A stretch of DNA of 64,000 nt. Source: Azolla caroliniana. Taxonomy: Eukaryota; Plantae; Polypodiophyta. The notes beneath the pieces are model-generated. The model was not told where the DNA came from. It did no database searches and saw nothing but the letters and a program-made list of their open reading frames with translations. The stretch lies in assembly GCA_043228905.1 (NCBI GenBank), contig JBHGNT010000006.1, forward strand, positions 15,438,001-15,502,000. The letters are read 5' to 3'. The position numbers and the translations under genes are program-made. Of this stretch, positions 61,724-64,000 are shown in pieces. Each line of letters opens with the position of its first letter. Position 1 is the stretch's first letter.

Positions 61724-63820
61724 GTGAAGGCGGGTGGCAAGGAGATGGAGAATCAACAAGAGGCGATGAGCATAACGATGATGATGATGTTCGAACGGAT
61801 GCTACAAGAACAACGAGCGATGTCGGAGATCACGGCAGTAGTAAAGCGGCTCGTACAACGAAACGGACAATTCAACGGAAACAATGTGTCACGCTATTTA
61901 CATGACTACAAGGCGGAGATGATACGATGTGGGATACCGGAAGGATTGCAAGTGACATCCTTCAGTCGGGTAGCCACGGATGAGCTACAAGAGAGAATCC
62001 ACAAGATACGGCAACAAAACTCGACATGGGGGTCATTCGAAGAAGCTTTACGAGAGTCATATGATTACAAGAGATCGAAGGGACAAGATCGGCGAGAATT
62101 CGACGAATGGGTGGCATCGGAGAAGACCCACCGAAGTGCAACACAAGCATTCCTAGAGTTCGAGCATCGTTTTGCTCGACTCTCGGAGCGAGAACAACGA
62201 TTGGTGGGGGAGGATAAAGTCCTAATGTTCGTAAAATCGATCGATCGAAAAGAAAGGATGGACATCGGGATCGAACTCGAAGACGATGACGGTACGAATG
62301 GTCTTACCGAAGATTGGGCCGAAGTCCAAAGGGTATGCCGGAGACATGATGAGAGGAAGATGAGAATCTTGTCAACGACATGGCCGATGAAGGATGGTCG
62401 ATTGAAGACAAACGATGGATCCGATATGAAGGCCGAAATACAACATGATGGTGCGACGGAAGAGGGTGTAAAACAAGCTACCCTCTTGTCTTGCGAAAGA
62501 ACGACGGCGAAGGATAAGGCCGATAACCCAAGTGTAGAAGAAGATTTCGGAATACAAGTGTCCGAAACATCAGGTGAAAAAGGGGTAAGCATAATTGATG
62601 TTTCCATAATTGATGCAGTGAAAGAGAGCAAGGAGGACTTGATTGAGGAGGTCACCATGAAAGATGACATCGAATTGAAGGTGGCTATGGACGAATCAAC
62701 GACGGATGGCCATATCGAGACTTCCCCACCACTAATTCTAGAGACTCCGGTGGTTGCGTTCGAAAGGCAACGTGAGACCGAAGAGACGGAAGGTGGCGGA
62801 GAGAAAACAAAGGTCAAAGCCGATGCATACGAAGGAGAGATAGCCAAGGAGGTGGCTATGGGTGAAACAACGGAGGACGATAATACCGTGGATTCCTGTC
62901 CACTAGTTCTAGAGACTTCGGCGGTTGTATTCGAGAACCAACGTGAGACCGGAGAGACAGGAGGTGGCAGCAAGAAAGGTAAAGTCGGAAGCCGGTTCGG
63001 ATGGAAGGTGATCCGGACGGGATTCCGATCCGAAAGAAAGCCGAACCGGGTGAAAGAGGATTCGACCGAAAGACGACCCGAAAGAAAGCCGAACCGAAAG
63101 GACGAGAATTCGGCCGAAAGACGACACAAACGAAAGCTAAATCGGGCGAATGAGGATTCGGCCGAAAGACGACCTGAAAGAAAGCCGACCCGAAAAGGGG
63201 TCGACTTGGTCAAAACCGATCGACCGAGTCTGACTTGGCCGAACGCGAATATGGATGGAAGCCGACCTAGCCGAAAGCCGATCAGACGAGACCGATCCGG
63301 AAAGAAGCTAATCCGACTCAACCGAAGGTTGGACCGGTCGAGGCTGGTGAGAACGAGGAAAAGAAAGCCAACCGAAACCGAAACCGATAGATCGAAACCG
63401 GGCCGGAAGGAGACCGACTCAATCGAAACCGAACAACCGATTCCGATTCGGCCGAATACGAATCCGATCGGAAGCCGATCAAACCGAAAGTTGATCGGAC
63501 GAGAGCGATCCGGAAAAAAGTCAAGGTTGATGAAGACAAGAAAGAGGCCAGTAAAAGACACTACCACGAATGACAAGGGCCAAGAATATGACGAGAGAGA
63601 ACAAAGAATATGGTGGATCGGATGGCGACAATGGTTCGGGTGGAAAGAATGGGTCTACTCAAAATGGAGAGACAAAGTTGACATAGCGGGACAAACGGAG
63701 GATGAAGGGGAGACAACGAGCATCGGCAACTTCGGCACATACCGGAGGATGTGCGGGTTCGGAGGGAGCGAGTGTCGTAGTGTATTTCGTACACTACGTG
63801 AAAAAGTAAAAATAATATAA
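61724..63820 (+). CDS. Gag N-terminal domain fused to acidic repeats, a basic low-complexity region and a Trp-rich motif
   Basis: N-terminus homologous to D gag (GQFNG..VSRYL.DYKAEMIRCG); no CCHC, PR, RT or INT; IWWIGWRQWFGWKEW; first ATG at 61745. Confidence 0.85.
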   Translation: MKAGGKEMENQQEAMSITMMMMFERMLQEQRAMSEITAVVKRLVQRNGQFNGNNVSRYLHDYKAEMIRCGIPEGLQVTSFSRVATDELQERIHKIRQQNSTWGSFEEALRESYDYKRSKGQDRREFDEWVASEKTHRSATQAFLEFEHRFARLSEREQRLVGEDKVLMFVKSIDRKERMDIGIELEDDDGTNGLTEDWAEVQRVCRRHDERKMRILSTTWPMKDGRLKTNDGSDMKAEIQHDGATEEGVKQATLLSCERTTAKDKADNPSVEEDFGIQVSETSGEKGVSIIDVSIIDAVKESKEDLIEEVTMKDDIELKVAMDESTTDGHIETSPPLILETPVVAFERQRETEETEGGGEKTKVKADAYEGEIAKEVAMGETTEDDNTVDSCPLVLETSAVVFENQRETGETGGGSKKGKVGSRFGWKVIRTGFRSERKPNRVKEDSTERRPERKPNRKDENSAERRHKRKLNRANEDSAERRPERKPTRKGVDLVKTDRPSLTWPNANMDGSRPSRKPIRRDRSGKKLIRLNRRLDRSRLVRTRKRKPTETETDRSKPGRKETDSIETEQPIPIRPNTNPIGSRSNRKLIGRERSGKKSRLMKTRKRPVKDTTTNDKGQEYDEREQRIWWIGWRQWFGWKEWVYSKWRDKVDIAGQTEDEGETTSIGNFGTYRRMCGFGGSECRSVFRTLREKVKII

Positions 63821-64000
63821 CCGATTTAATTACATATAAATAAATAAAATAATATATCAAAATATTTATCACGTGCATAGGGCAAGATTCGAACCCTATA
63901 CCTCCACGTAGCCAAACCTCAACTTTACCATTATGCTACCTTATCTTTAGTGTTCTATAAATAGATTTAATAACTATAAGTCCTTTATTTGCGCCTACCT

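Larger units (their letters stand above)
60922..64000 (+). mobile_element. Element G: young pol-less Gag-fusion LTR retroelement (TR-GAG-like), D-family LTRs
   Basis: 5' LTR 60922-61706; tRNA-Trp PBS 61711-61728; single ORF; 3' LTR 63773->64000 appears identical to the 5' LTR over the visible 228 bp. Confidence 0.9.

Overview
Plant nuclear DNA, most likely from a non-seed land plant such as a fern (inferred from the Tcn1-type chromovirus and fungal-like Gypsy elements). The only clear host gene is a minus-strand, 3'-truncated PMT6/PMT7-like SAM-dependent methyltransferase (exons 4415-4277, 3284-2867, 103-<1). Everything from about 5.6 kb onward is a nested transposon stack up to five levels deep. 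It contains several Copia elements, tRNA-Trp-primed Gypsy elements, a nearly intact chromovirus (46011-51795), a hAT-like MITE and a 12.2-kb Sola2-type DNA transposon (19900-32113). Four observations stand out. (1) The Sola2 element carries a spliced RING-finger gene and a degenerate FCP1/NIF-like phosphatase ORF, and its introns are filled with arrays of the palindrome TAGCTAATTAGCTA that also sits beside its TIRs. (2) Several different LTR families each carry a tRNA-like Pol III A-box/B-box module, mostly antisense. (3) Two pol-less Gag-fusion elements share a WWIGWRQWF motif, each matching the LTR family of a pol-bearing element. (4) The TGTCR...CACGACA elements appear to make 4-bp TSDs centred on CpG. 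All calls are by eye; no database searches were run.
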